The notes beneath the pieces were generated by a model. That model had not been told where the DNA came from and did no database searches. It saw only the letters and a list, made by a program, of their open reading frames with translations. Position numbers and translations under genes: made by a program. 64,000 nucleotides of DNA. It comes from an archaeon CG10_big_fil_rev_8_21_14_0_10_43_11 (lineage in GTDB: Archaea > Nanobdellota > Nanobdellia > PEZQ01). The DNA lies in the NCBI GenBank assembly GCA_002763265.1, contig PEZQ01000006.1, positions 94,141 to 158,140 on the forward strand, given 5' to 3'. The first letter of the stretch is position 1. Each line of letters opens with the position of its first letter. Positions 19,849 to 30,075 of the stretch are shown piece by piece.

Positions 19849-20679
19849 AAAAATAAAAAAAGAGTATTATACTGTTTAGTGACCTACGTCACAAGACATG
19901 CTCCAGTTGTGATAGCGAGGATTTGTGTCAAGATATTGATTCAATTCCGTCTCTTCAGTTCCATTATAAAGCAGTTTCTTCTCTTTTTTCTCCGTTTTTA
20001 TGAGGATTTCCTCATCAGCGATATTTTCCAGATTAGTATTCATAACAGCACCGTAACAACGTTATCTTAAAATTAGATATATAAATGTTTCTACACATAA
20101 ACTATTGAATTAATACGTTTTAATATCTAAACTCAGCTAATTACAAGTAAGAATCAATCATAGGACACACAAATTCAATGATTGTTGGGTACTCATTGTG
20201 ATGCGACCAATTTTCTTGCAATTGAATGACTTCTTGTACTCTTCTTCAATCGGCTTGATTTCTTTTTTGTCAAGTCTTCTTGAATTCAGGAAACTCTTTT
20301 TTTGCGCGATTTATTATTTCTTTTTTCTTATCAAGACCATATTGCAAGGTTTCATCACTAAAAACTAGGTCAAAGTTTTTTGACACGTCCATAACACAGT
20401 CTAAAAATACGTCATAGCATACTTCTATTTTCGTGTTCACAGAAGATTTAACGTGCAGGATAATAATTATTTTTTTCGATTTTAGCGCGTGCTTACACTT
20501 TTTATTCACATGTTTCCCATGATTAACGTGGTTTTACGCGGTCAAATCAAGAAATTAGCTAAGCGCAACACGACCAAAACGCCTAAAAAGGCTTTAGTTA
20601 TGGTATTATACCAGTAATTGGAATTTTAAAAGAACCCTCACACGAAAAAAATAATTTCTGATTAACAAAAAAATAAAAA

Positions 20680-20883
20680 GTGAAACAAACCATGAAAGGA
20701 ACAGTAAAATTTTTTAACAAAACAAAAGGCTTCGGTTTCATAACCGGCGAAGATGGCGAAGACTATTTTGTACACCAAACTGGTCTTGCTGAAGACGTTT
20801 CAATAACTGACAACGACGCGGTCGAATTTGACGTAGAAGAAGGCGAACGCGGCAAAAAAGCAGTTAACGTACGCAACGCATAA
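20680..20883 (+). CDS. cspA: cold-shock protein (CspA family, S1-like OB fold)
   Basis: GTVKFFNKTKGFGFI RNP1 and VHQTG RNP2 motifs; 67 aa; T-rich stretch immediately downstream. Confidence 0.85.
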   Translation: MKQTMKGTVKFFNKTKGFGFITGEDGEDYFVHQTGLAEDVSITDNDAVEFDVEEGERGKKAVNVRNA

Positions 20884-20992
20884 ACAACGTTTTTTCGTAA
20901 AAAAAACAAATACTTATTTTATTTATTACCTATTTTTTTTCCCAACTCTAGCGTGAGAGGTCTTATTAAGCAAAACAGTTCTACACTATGAT

Positions 20993-21781
20993 ATGCGCCT
21001 CAAGCTGATGAGCTATAATATCTGGTATGGCTTTTACACTGACAACACGCTGCACACGCTTGACAAGAAACGATTGTGCGCAGCAAAAGCCATTATCAAG
21101 CGAGAAGACCCTGACGTGCTCGTGCTCAATGAAGCAATCTCAGGACCAGCGCATTACGGGTTTAAAGAGTACGTAGCAGAGTTTGGATTTAGCACAGGGT
21201 ACTTTGCAGCATACACGGACTGGTTTTTTGGCAACGCCATTCTCTCAAAGCAAGCAATGCACGCAAAAACAGTTGACACCGGACACCGTAACATGATACG
21301 CGCAAGCATTAAGGGTTTGGAAGTGAACGTGTTTCACCCACACCCCGTCATCACTGACGAGCAGCGCGCAATTATTATTGCACCTGTTTTGAAAAGCGCG
21401 AAAAAGCCGTTTGTGCTTGTTGGGGATTACAACGCAATTAGTGATGAAGACACGTATGACAAAGAAAAATTGCTTAAAGCATGGCAAAGCCTTGATGGCA
21501 AGAAAAAAGGCAGGAACGTAGTTGAAAACCTGACAAACGCGCGTTTTATCCCGTTCCTGCGCGAACAGGGTTTGCAAGACGCGTTTGAAGGGTTTAAAAA
21601 AGTACCCACACACCCTACTCCTGCAGTAAGAAAAAATTTTGTTGCAAACGTGCGCATTGACCACTGCTTTACCTCAGCAGATGTGAAAGTGAGGGATGCG
21701 CGTATTATTACCTCACAACGCGCTAAAATAGCATCAGACCATTACCCTATTGTGTGCAATTTGGAATTTAAGAAAAAATGA
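20993..21781 (+). CDS. endonuclease/exonuclease/phosphatase (EEP) family protein
   Basis: MSYNIWYG N-terminus, LVLNE, GDYN and SDHYP catalytic motifs. Confidence 0.6.
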   Translation: MRLKLMSYNIWYGFYTDNTLHTLDKKRLCAAKAIIKREDPDVLVLNEAISGPAHYGFKEYVAEFGFSTGYFAAYTDWFFGNAILSKQAMHAKTVDTGHRNMIRASIKGLEVNVFHPHPVITDEQRAIIIAPVLKSAKKPFVLVGDYNAISDEDTYDKEKLLKAWQSLDGKKKGRNVVENLTNARFIPFLREQGLQDAFEGFKKVPTHPTPAVRKNFVANVRIDHCFTSADVKVRDARIITSQRAKIASDHYPIVCNLEFKKK

Positions 21782-22116
21782 AGAAAGCCAAGTTTATTGG
21801 CTTTGTTCGGGTTTTTGCTCGTCCTCTTCTTCTGCGAATTTTTTGATTTCATCAAAATATTTCACAATAAGTTGTGCTTTTCCTTTGCCAAATTGAAAAG
21901 GAAATTTTGTGTCTTCTTCGCGTTTGAGAACAATAAGTTTGTGTCCTTTGTATTCTGCGTATTCTACTGGCATAGTAACTCACACTAACAAAGTCAGGGT
22001 TTAAAAGTGTCACGCCTTAGCAAAGCAAGAAATGTGCGTTGCTAATGTTGCGGTTGATAAGAGCAAAAAGATGGGGTAAAGTAAAGTAAAAGAGTTTTTA
22101 GAGGAGGTCTTTGGGT

Positions 22117-22428
22117 TTAGCCAAAGAGTGCTCCAAGGCCTTGTGCGGTTTCTTCTTCACTGACTTGCTCTTCTTCTTCCTCTTTTGCTTCTGCTTTTGG
22201 AGCTTCGCCAGCTGGTGCTGCGCCTGCTGCTGGAGCTGCTACAGCGACCGCGCTTGCTGCTTTGCTGATGGCTTCATCAATGTTGACGCCTTCAAGCGCA
22301 GCAAGAAGTGCTTTGATTCGGGCCTCGTCAGGCTTTGCGCCTGCCGCTTCCATTACTTTCTTTACGGTTGCTTCATCAACTTGCTTTCCAGCTTTGTGGA
22401 TGAGTAGTGCCGCATATACATATTCCAT
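22117..22428 (-). CDS. rpl12: 50S ribosomal stalk protein P1 (L12e)
   Basis: [12 protein letters not shown]-terminus, Ala/Glu-rich hinge, acidic tail ending GLGALFG. Confidence 0.85.
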   Translation of the reverse strand: MEYVYAALLIHKAGKQVDEATVKKVMEAAGAKPDEARIKALLAALEGVNIDEAISKAASAVAVAAPAAGAAPAGEAPKAEAKEEEEEQVSEEETAQGLGALFG

Positions 22429-22430
22429 TA

Positions 22431-23270
22431 TTATACACCTGTTTCGTTTTTGAGTGCGAGCGCTTGATTCTGTGCTTTTGCTATGTGCTCATCAATCATA
22501 TCTTTTGAGAGAATACTTGCTTCAAGAGCAAGACCTCTCGCGTTTTGTACTGCTTTGACAATAACAAATTCAATCGTTTCCTTAGTGAGGATGCCTGCTT
22601 CAACAGCGAGGTTTTGCGCGTGTTGTGCTGCAAGCATGACGTTCTGTAGGTATGATTCTTCATCAATGTCAAGTACGGTTTTGTCATACACGGTTGTCCC
22701 TTCCATTGCATGGGTCATGTTAAGACCAACTTTCATTGGTTTCACGCCCATTTTTTTGAGAAATGAAGCAAGTTCTGCAGTAACTGCATCTCCTGCTTTT
22801 GCAACAACGGTGTCTTTTATGACTGCAATTTTTCCGCCTTCAACTCTTGTTTTTACTTTGAACTTACCAAATTCGCCAATCATTGGACCTGGCGTAAAGT
22901 CTGTTGGACCCTCAGGTATTGTTACATCAACTGGCAACGTGTCGCCTGCTTTTGCAAACGCAGTTACCCTGCTTTTTTTGAGGGTTTTGTACAGTTTGAA
23001 GGGGTTTGTTTTGGTAAACATGAGTGCTGGCATGTCCCCCAGCTTTTCTCTGAGTGATTCATATCTGCTTCCCTGCAGCGCGCGGAGAATCGCGCTTTTC
23101 TTGGTCATCTTAAGGTTAACTATACTGCTGATTTCCTGTTTGATGCCTTGAAGCTGTTTTGCAGGAAGTCCTTTCATGTCAACAAGGGCAACAACGCTTG
23201 CGCTTTGAAGATGTTGCTTGATTTCTTCAACTTTATCCTTTTTCCACTGTTGTACCATTGTGCTGTTCAC
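22431..23270 (-). CDS. rpl10: 50S ribosomal stalk protein P0 (L10e)
   Basis: 279 aa, L10 rRNA-binding N-domain and P1-binding helices; position between rpl1 and rpl12. Confidence 0.8.
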   Translation of the reverse strand: MNSTMVQQWKKDKVEEIKQHLQSASVVALVDMKGLPAKQLQGIKQEISSIVNLKMTKKSAILRALQGSRYESLREKLGDMPALMFTKTNPFKLYKTLKKSRVTAFAKAGDTLPVDVTIPEGPTDFTPGPMIGEFGKFKVKTRVEGGKIAVIKDTVVAKAGDAVTAELASFLKKMGVKPMKVGLNMTHAMEGTTVYDKTVLDIDEESYLQNVMLAAQHAQNLAVEAGILTKETIEFVIVKAVQNARGLALEASILSKDMIDEHIAKAQNQALALKNETGV

Positions 23271-23965
23271 TCCAAGATTATTGGTTTTGACATGGTGAGT
23301 TTGATAAAGACATGGCGGAGTTGTTGCTTTCCTTTTGGTAAGTCCGCTAAGACTTTATCATAAACAACGCGAATATTATTCCAAATATCTTCATCTGCCA
23401 TCTCTGTGTTTGCAATAAGCAGGTGAAGGTTTGGCTGTTTTTTTGCCTTGAGGATTGCGATTTTGTTAATTCGGGTAACCGTTGCTTTCAAATCAGCGTT
23501 TGGTGCGATGACTTGGCCGAGTTTTGGGTTTGGCATGCGCCCTACTGAGCCAAGATATTTACCAAACGTTTTCGCGATTTGAGGCATGATGTTTGCTTGC
23601 GCAATAAAATAGTGATGTGAGCGCACGAGTTTTCTGATTTTTCGAGGATTGCTTGCCCACTCTTCAAAATCATCAACAAGAATAGCAGTGTCACATATTT
23701 TTTTTGCATCAACAATGAGTTCTTTGCCGACAAGCGCGCAAAATTTTGATGTTCTTCCCGTGCCATGCGGCAAAAGGAGGTAGTCATCAATTTTATCGCC
23801 TTTTTTGATGTTAAACTCGCGCAGTGAGAAGATAAGGTCAAACTTTTGAGTAAATTTGCGAGATTTCGCTTGCTCTTTTAGCTGTGCTATCGCGTCAAGC
23901 GCGGCTTGTTTTTCTACCATTGTAGAGTCAAACCTCCTGCCAAAGCAGTGAAGTAAGCAAGACAA
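23267..23965 (-). CDS. rpl1: 50S ribosomal protein L1
   Basis: 232 aa, L1 fold motifs, conserved operon position. Confidence 0.85.
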   Translation of the reverse strand: MSCLLHCFGRRFDSTMVEKQAALDAIAQLKEQAKSRKFTQKFDLIFSLREFNIKKGDKIDDYLLLPHGTGRTSKFCALVGKELIVDAKKICDTAILVDDFEEWASNPRKIRKLVRSHHYFIAQANIMPQIAKTFGKYLGSVGRMPNPKLGQVIAPNADLKATVTRINKIAILKAKKQPNLHLLIANTEMADEDIWNNIRVVYDKVLADLPKGKQQLRHVFIKLTMSKPIILE

Positions 23966-23986
23966 ACCGCGTGCTATTTATAAGAT

Positions 23987-24592
23987 TTACTGTTTAGAAA
24001 GTTGTTTTCCAAGCGGGGTGATTCCTGTGTTGAGCAGGTATTCACCAAGCGTGAGTTCTCCATTAACGTCTCCGCTAAGATACTTAAAGCAGGGTTTGTT
24101 TCCAAACATGTAGAGCACGCCAAGCTCTTGGGTTTCAAAATTTTGCATGACTGCGCCAAGCATAAGGGTGTTGATGATGTCTTTATCAGACATTTTAAGC
24201 TCGTTGTCACCATACTCTTCAAACGCACGAAGACCGCCATACATCCGGAATGATGCGTGTTTTTGTGCGGGAAGGTTAAGCACACTTGATTCTGGGCACA
24301 CGTGCAAACTGTTGAACTCTGGATTGTACTGCGTATTTGGAAGCACGTACCACTCATCTTTAAGCAAGACAGCAAGTGCTGTTTCGTTGAGTTCCCTTTT
24401 AAGAAGGTCTTGGAGTCCAAGAAATGTGTTCAAAGTGAGTACACGTGGATCTTGTCTGCCCATTTCCTGCTCAAGAGAGTCAATGCTCTTTCCCGGAAAG
24501 AACGTGATAAACTCCGCGACGGGGTAATCTGGTGTCATAGTTGAATCATTCCCAATTCCCCTTCTGCATTGATTTTTAAATCTTACTACCAC
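23987..24592 (-). CDS. hypothetical protein inserted between rpl11 and rpl1
   Basis: 201-aa ORF, no recognisable motif; co-directional and tightly packed (6 nt from rpl11 stop, ~20 nt to rpl1). Confidence 0.4.
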   Translation of the reverse strand: MVVRFKNQCRRGIGNDSTMTPDYPVAEFITFFPGKSIDSLEQEMGRQDPRVLTLNTFLGLQDLLKRELNETALAVLLKDEWYVLPNTQYNPEFNSLHVCPESSVLNLPAQKHASFRMYGGLRAFEEYGDNELKMSDKDIINTLMLGAVMQNFETQELGVLYMFGNKPCFKYLSGDVNGELTLGEYLLNTGITPLGKQLSKQ

Positions 24593-24597
24593 AAGAA

Positions 24598-25077
24598 TTA
24601 GGCGAGTTGCGCGTCAAACGCGCCTGCTTTAACCGCTTTTGAGACTTCCAGCGGGTTTTTGCCGTCAATTGTCACGCCAATACTCACGCATGTTCCAACA
24701 ACTTGTCCAAGCATTGCTTTTGCATCTTTTGAAATAGTGCCAGACACTTTTGATTTTGCAATCTCAATAAGCTCAGTAACAGGAATGTCTCCAACAAACG
24801 CGGTTCCTGCGGTTGCGCTGCCTTTCTCAAGTTTTGCGCGCTTTTTGATAAGCTGAGGAACAGGGGGTGTGCCCACTTTGATGGTGTATTCTTTTGTTTT
24901 TTTGTCAACAGTGAGCGTGACAGGAACTTCAACGCCTTTAAAACCGCTGGTTGCATCGTTTATATCTTGTGCGATTTTTCCAAGGTTAATACCAAGCGGA
25001 CCAAGTTTCATGCCAAGGGTTGCGCCAGTTTTTGCTGCGCCGCCTTCAACCATCAAATTAATGATTTCTTCGCTCAT
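24598..25077 (-). CDS. rpl11: 50S ribosomal protein L11
   Basis: GGAAKTGATLGMKLGPLGIN N-terminal domain; 159 aa. Confidence 0.85.
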   Translation of the reverse strand: MSEEIINLMVEGGAAKTGATLGMKLGPLGINLGKIAQDINDATSGFKGVEVPVTLTVDKKTKEYTIKVGTPPVPQLIKKRAKLEKGSATAGTAFVGDIPVTELIEIAKSKVSGTISKDAKAMLGQVVGTCVSIGVTIDGKNPLEVSKAVKAGAFDAQLA

Positions 25078-25127
25078 GTGTGATGCACCTCAAAACGTAG
25101 GGTCTTTTTATGTGTTTGGGTAGAGAG

Positions 25128-25610
25128 TCATATTTCTCCTTTTGAGCTTACACGGTCAATCACGCGCACACTATCAAGGCTGATAGTAATTGGAATTGGC
25201 ACCGCAGCTTCAAGCAGTTCAACAATGACTTTTTCTTTTGCCTTGTCCACGCGTTTAACACGCGCTTTCTCGCCTTTGTAGGGTCCGCTGATAAGTTCAA
25301 CAATGTCGTTGATGCCAATGACCATTTTCTTGACTGCTGGTTCGAAAAAGTGTTCAATATCAACAAACGCGATTGGGTTTTCAATCACGCCTTTTGCGTG
25401 GCGAAGGCCATATACTGCTTCCTTAACTGCGTCAATATTTGCTCCTTCAATAAAAAAGTAGCCTCTGATTTGTTCTGGGCGCAAAACCGCGTACACACCG
25501 TGGTTTTCTTTAAGAAGTCGTGCATAAAGACGGCTAATAAGTTGTGATTCTCTGCCGGCAGTAACGCGGACAATGAATATTTCTCCATATTGTTTTTCTT
25601 CGTCACTCAT
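25128..25610 (-). CDS. spt5: transcription elongation factor Spt5 (NusG homolog)
   Basis: NGN domain (IFIVRVTAGRE) plus C-terminal KOW motif (GEKARVKRVD); between secE and rpl11. Confidence 0.8.
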   Translation of the reverse strand: MSDEEKQYGEIFIVRVTAGRESQLISRLYARLLKENHGVYAVLRPEQIRGYFFIEGANIDAVKEAVYGLRHAKGVIENPIAFVDIEHFFEPAVKKMVIGINDIVELISGPYKGEKARVKRVDKAKEKVIVELLEAAVPIPITISLDSVRVIDRVSSKGEI

Positions 25611-25616
25611 GATACA

Positions 25617-25850
25617 TCACAGTTTGATTACGTACACAAAAAGTGTTTGTAGTGCAAAACCTATCACGCCCATAATGACCATACCAATGCCCGTAATTTT
25701 AACAATATCGATAAACTCTCTTTTTGATGGTCGTTTGGTTCGTCGAAGTACGCGTCGGTAGTGGGCAAGCGAGTATTTGAGATTTGTAAACACTCTGCTT
25801 AGGTTGTCACCAACCGTGTTAAGTTTCATTATGTAACAAACAGAAACCAC
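25617..25850 (-). CDS. secE: protein translocase subunit SecE/Sec61-gamma
   Basis: 77 aa, single C-terminal TM helix, canonical position upstream of spt5. Confidence 0.6.
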   Translation of the reverse strand: MVSVCYIMKLNTVGDNLSRVFTNLKYSLAHYRRVLRRTKRPSKREFIDIVKITGIGMVIMGVIGFALQTLFVYVIKL

Positions 25851-25878
25851 ATTTTTAAAGGTTGTGGAAACACCCAGC

Positions 25879-26610
25879 CTATTTGTGCGGCGAAAAATCG
25901 CTTAGTACGCGCACGTTCTTTTGAGAAAACAGGCGTGTTTTGCGCATCACCTCAAAATAATCTTCATTGAAGCGGGCATGATACTCATTTTCTGGAGGGT
26001 ACCATGCATCAAGAACAAGCACGCCACCGGGTTTTATCATGCCCGCCAGTTTTTCAAGAATACAAAGCATGCCCTCTTTTTTAAAGTGGTAGACAAAATT
26101 TTGGCACATAATCGCGTCATACCCCTCTGTTTTGGGTACATCCATCACATCCATCACATGAAAAGTGCAGGGGCGCGTGATGCAGGAAGGAATCGTAAAT
26201 GTGTCATGTGCTTGCTGCTTGGAAAAAAAAGAAAGGAGTTCATCTCGCGTTGCATCCAGTTCTGGTTGTTTGATTGAAACATACGAAAGGCCGCGCAAGA
26301 GGTCATCAAACGTGCGCGTCATAGTATAGCAACCCTCACGTGCGGTTTTGATACCAGCAGGGTTAATGTCAAAACCATGAATCTCATACATGTGTTTTGG
26401 AAGCAGCAAATGAATCATGCTTAGCGAATACGCTTCTTTCCCGTCTGAAGACGCAATTGAACCAACGCGCACGCGTTCATGCTCCAAAAGATACCTGTCC
26501 ATGAGCAAATAATAGCTGGACATGAGATACGGTTCTCGAAAGAATGTGGTCTTAAAACTAATAAGCGCATCAGGGACACGCAAGAACTCTTCAAGCCGGC
26601 TCATAAACAA
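25879..26610 (-). CDS. CheR-type SAM-dependent methyltransferase
   Basis: TTFFREP motif, Gly-poor SAM loop VGSIASSDGKEAYSLSM (CheR: WSAGCSTGEEPYS), FDINPAGIKTAREGCY. Confidence 0.55.
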   Translation of the reverse strand: MFMSRLEEFLRVPDALISFKTTFFREPYLMSSYYLLMDRYLLEHERVRVGSIASSDGKEAYSLSMIHLLLPKHMYEIHGFDINPAGIKTAREGCYTMTRTFDDLLRGLSYVSIKQPELDATRDELLSFFSKQQAHDTFTIPSCITRPCTFHVMDVMDVPKTEGYDAIMCQNFVYHFKKEGMLCILEKLAGMIKPGGVLVLDAWYPPENEYHARFNEDYFEVMRKTRLFSQKNVRVLSDFSPHK

Positions 26611-26650
26611 GACAAAGAGGATACGTGTTTTTTAGGATTTGTGCAACTCA

Positions 26651-27793
26651 CTAAATAAATTCAATGCCCAAGTCATTTTCAATCTCTTTTTTACGACGGT
26701 CAGTCGTTCTTGTTCGTGGGCCAAAAATTTGCGGCGACTTCACGCCAGTCACGATAAGCAAGGTTCGAATAACCGTGTCCATGTCATCAGTGATGTGCGC
26801 GCCCCAAATAACTTGCGCATTCTCATCAAGACGCGACGAAACCGCTTCAACCACTTCTTTTGCTTCATCAAGGGTCATAGTTGGGCCGCCAGAAACATTA
26901 ATAAGCGCGCCTTTAGCGCCAGTAATGTCCACGTCAAGAAGGGGATTGTTCACCGCTTTTTCAACTGCTTCAACTGCACGGTTTTCCGAGTCGCTCTCGC
27001 CAACACCAATCATGGCAACACCGCCCTGACCCATAACTGCGCGAATGTCTGCAAAGTCAAGGTTGATAAGACCCGGTTTTGTGACAAGCTCAGCAATTCC
27101 TTTGACCGCGTTTGTAAGAATTTCATCAGCTACTTTGAACGCGGTTTGAAGCGGGAGGTCTGGTGCTATTTCAAGGAGTTTATCATTTGGAATCACAATA
27201 AGCGTGTCAACAATGCCTTCCATGCGCTCAAGACCATAAAGCGCGTTTTCAATGCGCTTGTTTCCTTCAATAGTGAAGGGAAGCGTCACCACAGCGACAG
27301 TGAGTGCACCATTCTTTTTTGCAATCTCAGCAATGACTGGTGCTGCGCCTGTGCCCGTTCCGCCGCCAAGACCGCACGTGATAAAGACCATGTCAGCACC
27401 AGCAAGTGATTTTTTGAGTTCTGATTCTGATTCACGCGCTGCTTCTTCGCCGACTTTTGGATTGCTTCCAGCACCCATGCCGCTGCTGGCTTCTTTTCCT
27501 ATCAAGATTTTCTTGTCAGCAAGTGCGACGAGTAAATCCTGCGCATCAGTGTTTACAACAATGAGTTCTGCGCCTTTAATGCCAATCTCGCTCATGCGCG
27601 TAAGCGAATTATTACCCGCACCGCCAACACCGATAACACGGATTGTTGCGCGCTTTGTTGCAAGAAGTTCTTCAAGTTCTGCGTCAACATCTTTTGTGCG
27701 CGAAAGCTCGCTTCTAAACTCTTTAACAGAATGCGATTGTGATTGTTGAGGGGGTTGAAACAAGCTGCCACTCCCCGAGGATAGTATATCCAT
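26651..27793 (-). CDS. ftsZ: cell division GTPase FtsZ
   Basis: GVGGAGNN, tubulin signature [18 protein letters not shown]7 loop NLDFADI. Confidence 0.9.
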   Translation of the reverse strand: MDILSSGSGSLFQPPQQSQSHSVKEFRSELSRTKDVDAELEELLATKRATIRVIGVGGAGNNSLTRMSEIGIKGAELIVVNTDAQDLLVALADKKILIGKEASSGMGAGSNPKVGEEAARESESELKKSLAGADMVFITCGLGGGTGTGAAPVIAEIAKKNGALTVAVVTLPFTIEGNKRIENALYGLERMEGIVDTLIVIPNDKLLEIAPDLPLQTAFKVADEILTNAVKGIAELVTKPGLINLDFADIRAVMGQGGVAMIGVGESDSENRAVEAVEKAVNNPLLDVDITGAKGALINVSGGPTMTLDEAKEVVEAVSSRLDENAQVIWGAHITDDMDTVIRTLLIVTGVKSPQIFGPRTRTTDRRKKEIENDLGIEFI

Positions 27794-27914
27794 GACATCC
27801 CAATTAGAGCAAGAGCTTCTTTATATGTTTTATTTACTTTAAGCATACGAAATTCTTTTTTTCGCTACAATATTGTAGTAAAATAAACGTGAACGTATTT
27901 AAGTAAATAGAAAT

Positions 27915-28646
27915 GTGCAAAGGATTGTGGCAAAAGTCGCTCTTGCGCAAATTGAACTGTTTGACGAGCTCAAAAAGAATGTTTCTAAAGTGCTAGAATA
28001 CATAGAAAAAGCTGCGTTCAAAGATACAGATATTGTGTGTTTTCCTGAATCATGCCTTGGTGAAGACTTTTTGGACATGCACTGCAAAGAAATTGAGCAA
28101 ATTAAAGCAAGTTGCAAAAAAAATAATATTTACGCAATTATTGGGGCACACATAAAAGAAGGGGAAAAAGTCTCTAACGTTGCAATCCTTATCAACCGCA
28201 CGGGCAACATTGCATATGTGTACCGCAAAGTACATTTATTTCCTGGTCTTGACTTAGGTGAGTCTGTTCCTGGAACAGACAATCATGTTGTAGAAACCGA
28301 TTTTGGCAAGATTGGGATTATTATTTGTTGAGATTTTGCATTTCCAGAATATGTAAAAAAACTTTCAAAACAAGGCGCTCAAATATTGTTTTGTCCGTCG
28401 TATCTGTTAGATAACGCACACATCTCAAAAGAAGTGTTTCAAAGCATTCCCCTCGCAAGAGCTTTTGAGAATCTTGCATATTTTGTAAGTTGCGACGCTT
28501 TCACAGACGAAGTTCTAGGGGAAAGCTATATTTGTAGTCCGATGAACGTTTTGAATAAAATCAAGAAACGTGAAGGAATTATATTTGCAGAGTTGGACTT
28601 GAAAAAGATACGCAAATTAAGAAAACAGTACAATTGCCTTAATTAA
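27915..28646 (+). pseudogene. carbon-nitrogen hydrolase (nitrilase superfamily) interrupted by in-frame TGA at 28329-28331
   Basis: E (CFPES), K (YRKVHLF) and C (IGIIIC) of the catalytic triad are present; TGA falls exactly where family members carry W/Y (IC[WY][DE]..FPE); the frame is otherwise intact for 242 codons. Confidence 0.65.
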
Positions 28647-28689
28647 ACTAAGAAAAGGAGGATATAGACAAACTCACTTCAATAACACT

Positions 28690-29307
28690 ATGAAACTGTT
28701 TCTTATTGGTGGCGGACATCCTGAACGTGGTGAAACACGTTATATTGATAAAGAGATTGCAAAACACGTTCCAAAACAAGCAACTGCAGTATTGATTCCT
28801 TTTGCTCTTGAAGAAAAGTTTCAGTCCTCAGCCTTTGATCGTTTTAACAAGATTTATCGAGATGAACTCCATTTCAAAACGCAGGCACTCAAAGCAACTG
28901 ATTCTCTACAGGATATGATTAAGAAATTATCAGAATCGGATATTATCTACCTATGGGGCGGTAAAACAAAGTGGCTGCTTGAATCATTAAAGAAATTCAG
29001 TCTTGAAACCCAACTAAAGATTTTGAGCAAAACAAAGGTCATTGTAGGCAATTCTGCAGGCGCAATCGCGTTGTGCTCGTATGGAATTACTGATGATAAA
29101 ACACTCATTCGTGGCACCGGTATTGTTCGAATGATTTGCGATGTTCACAGCAATAAGACAGATAACGAGCAAGTGCTTCGTGATGCGTGCAGAAAGTTCA
29201 ATCTTGAAGGTGTTGCATTAGATGAATGCACTGCGCTTGCAATTATTAACGGTAAAGAGCAGTTCGTAAAACGGGAAGGAACAAACATTGTGCTTGTAAA
29301 AAATTAA
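28690..29307 (+). CDS. peptidase S51 (dipeptidase E / cyanophycinase-like) family protein
   Basis: LIGGG N-terminus, GNSAGA nucleophile-elbow region, class-I glutamine-amidotransferase-like fold length (205 aa). Confidence 0.5.
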   Translation: MKLFLIGGGHPERGETRYIDKEIAKHVPKQATAVLIPFALEEKFQSSAFDRFNKIYRDELHFKTQALKATDSLQDMIKKLSESDIIYLWGGKTKWLLESLKKFSLETQLKILSKTKVIVGNSAGAIALCSYGITDDKTLIRGTGIVRMICDVHSNKTDNEQVLRDACRKFNLEGVALDECTALAIINGKEQFVKREGTNIVLVKN

Positions 29308-29334
29308 AAAGATAAAAGTGAATGTATCTTATGA

Positions 29335-30039
29335 TTATTCATTATCGGCTTTCTTTGCAGGGGTTTTAGCAGGTTTCTTTTCTGTTGTATCTTCTTTTTT
29401 CTCTTCTTTTTTTACAAATTCTGCCTTAAGACCGGTGTATTTTTCGATTTCTTCACAAATGTGTTTTGTGTAATGTTCTGGCAGTTTCTGAGCAAGAGTG
29501 ATTGTTGCTTTTTTGTCTGCAATGGTAATATCAGGGTTTTGCTCGTTTAAGCGCACATCAAGAATCACACCTATTTGTTCTTTTTTGTCAGTAATTTCGC
29601 GATTAATCGTCACATCATACACAACGGTTCGTCCTGCAAGCGGGTGGTTGAAGTCAACACGCACGCGGCCGCCTGACGCGCTCATAATAGTTCCCTGCAC
29701 GCCCTGAAAATCCAAAACCATGCCGGGCAGTGGTCGCATGTTTTTTTCGCGAAATTCTTTGAGCGGAATAAGACGCACGAGTTTTTGGTTTCGTGAACCA
29801 AATGCATCTTGTGCAGGAATAATAACTGAAAATGAATCGCCAACGGTGTGTTTTTTGAGTTCAGCATCAAGACCTTTGATAACGTGTTGCGCGCCAATAA
29901 TGATGCGTTGCGGTTTTGGCGAGCCTTCAAGCCCGTTTTGTTTTGCAATACGTTCTTTAGTCGTATCAAACATGCGATTATTGCTTGCAATGCGCGCTTC
30001 GTAATCAATTTCAATGAAGCTGCCTTCTTTGATGCTCAT
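29335..30039 (-). CDS. FKBP-type peptidyl-prolyl cis-trans isomerase (long archaeal SlyD-like form with IF domain and acidic/basic tail)
   Basis: FKBP core (VIKGLDAEL...GM), insert-in-flap domain, Lys/Glu-rich C-terminus. Confidence 0.75.
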   Translation of the reverse strand: MSIKEGSFIEIDYEARIASNNRMFDTTKERIAKQNGLEGSPKPQRIIIGAQHVIKGLDAELKKHTVGDSFSVIIPAQDAFGSRNQKLVRLIPLKEFREKNMRPLPGMVLDFQGVQGTIMSASGGRVRVDFNHPLAGRTVVYDVTINREITDKKEQIGVILDVRLNEQNPDITIADKKATITLAQKLPEHYTKHICEEIEKYTGLKAEFVKKEEKKEDTTEKKPAKTPAKKADNE

Positions 30040-30075
30040 AGCAACTAAAGAGAATAAGCGCGCCTTTTTTAAAGC

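Noticed and set aside
20270-20509. 79-aa Lys-rich ORF on the minus strand
   Set aside because: It is plausible but unsupported (no motif) and may just be the AT-rich cspA upstream region. It is not listed as a feature.
27915-28646. Genome-wide TGA reassignment (code 4/25-like) suggested by the nitrilase in-frame TGA
   Set aside because: Multiple well-supported genes in this window terminate at TGA at the expected C-terminus (platform gene 1, the 819-aa gene, pilin junctions). Their products are full length. A single site does not support recoding.
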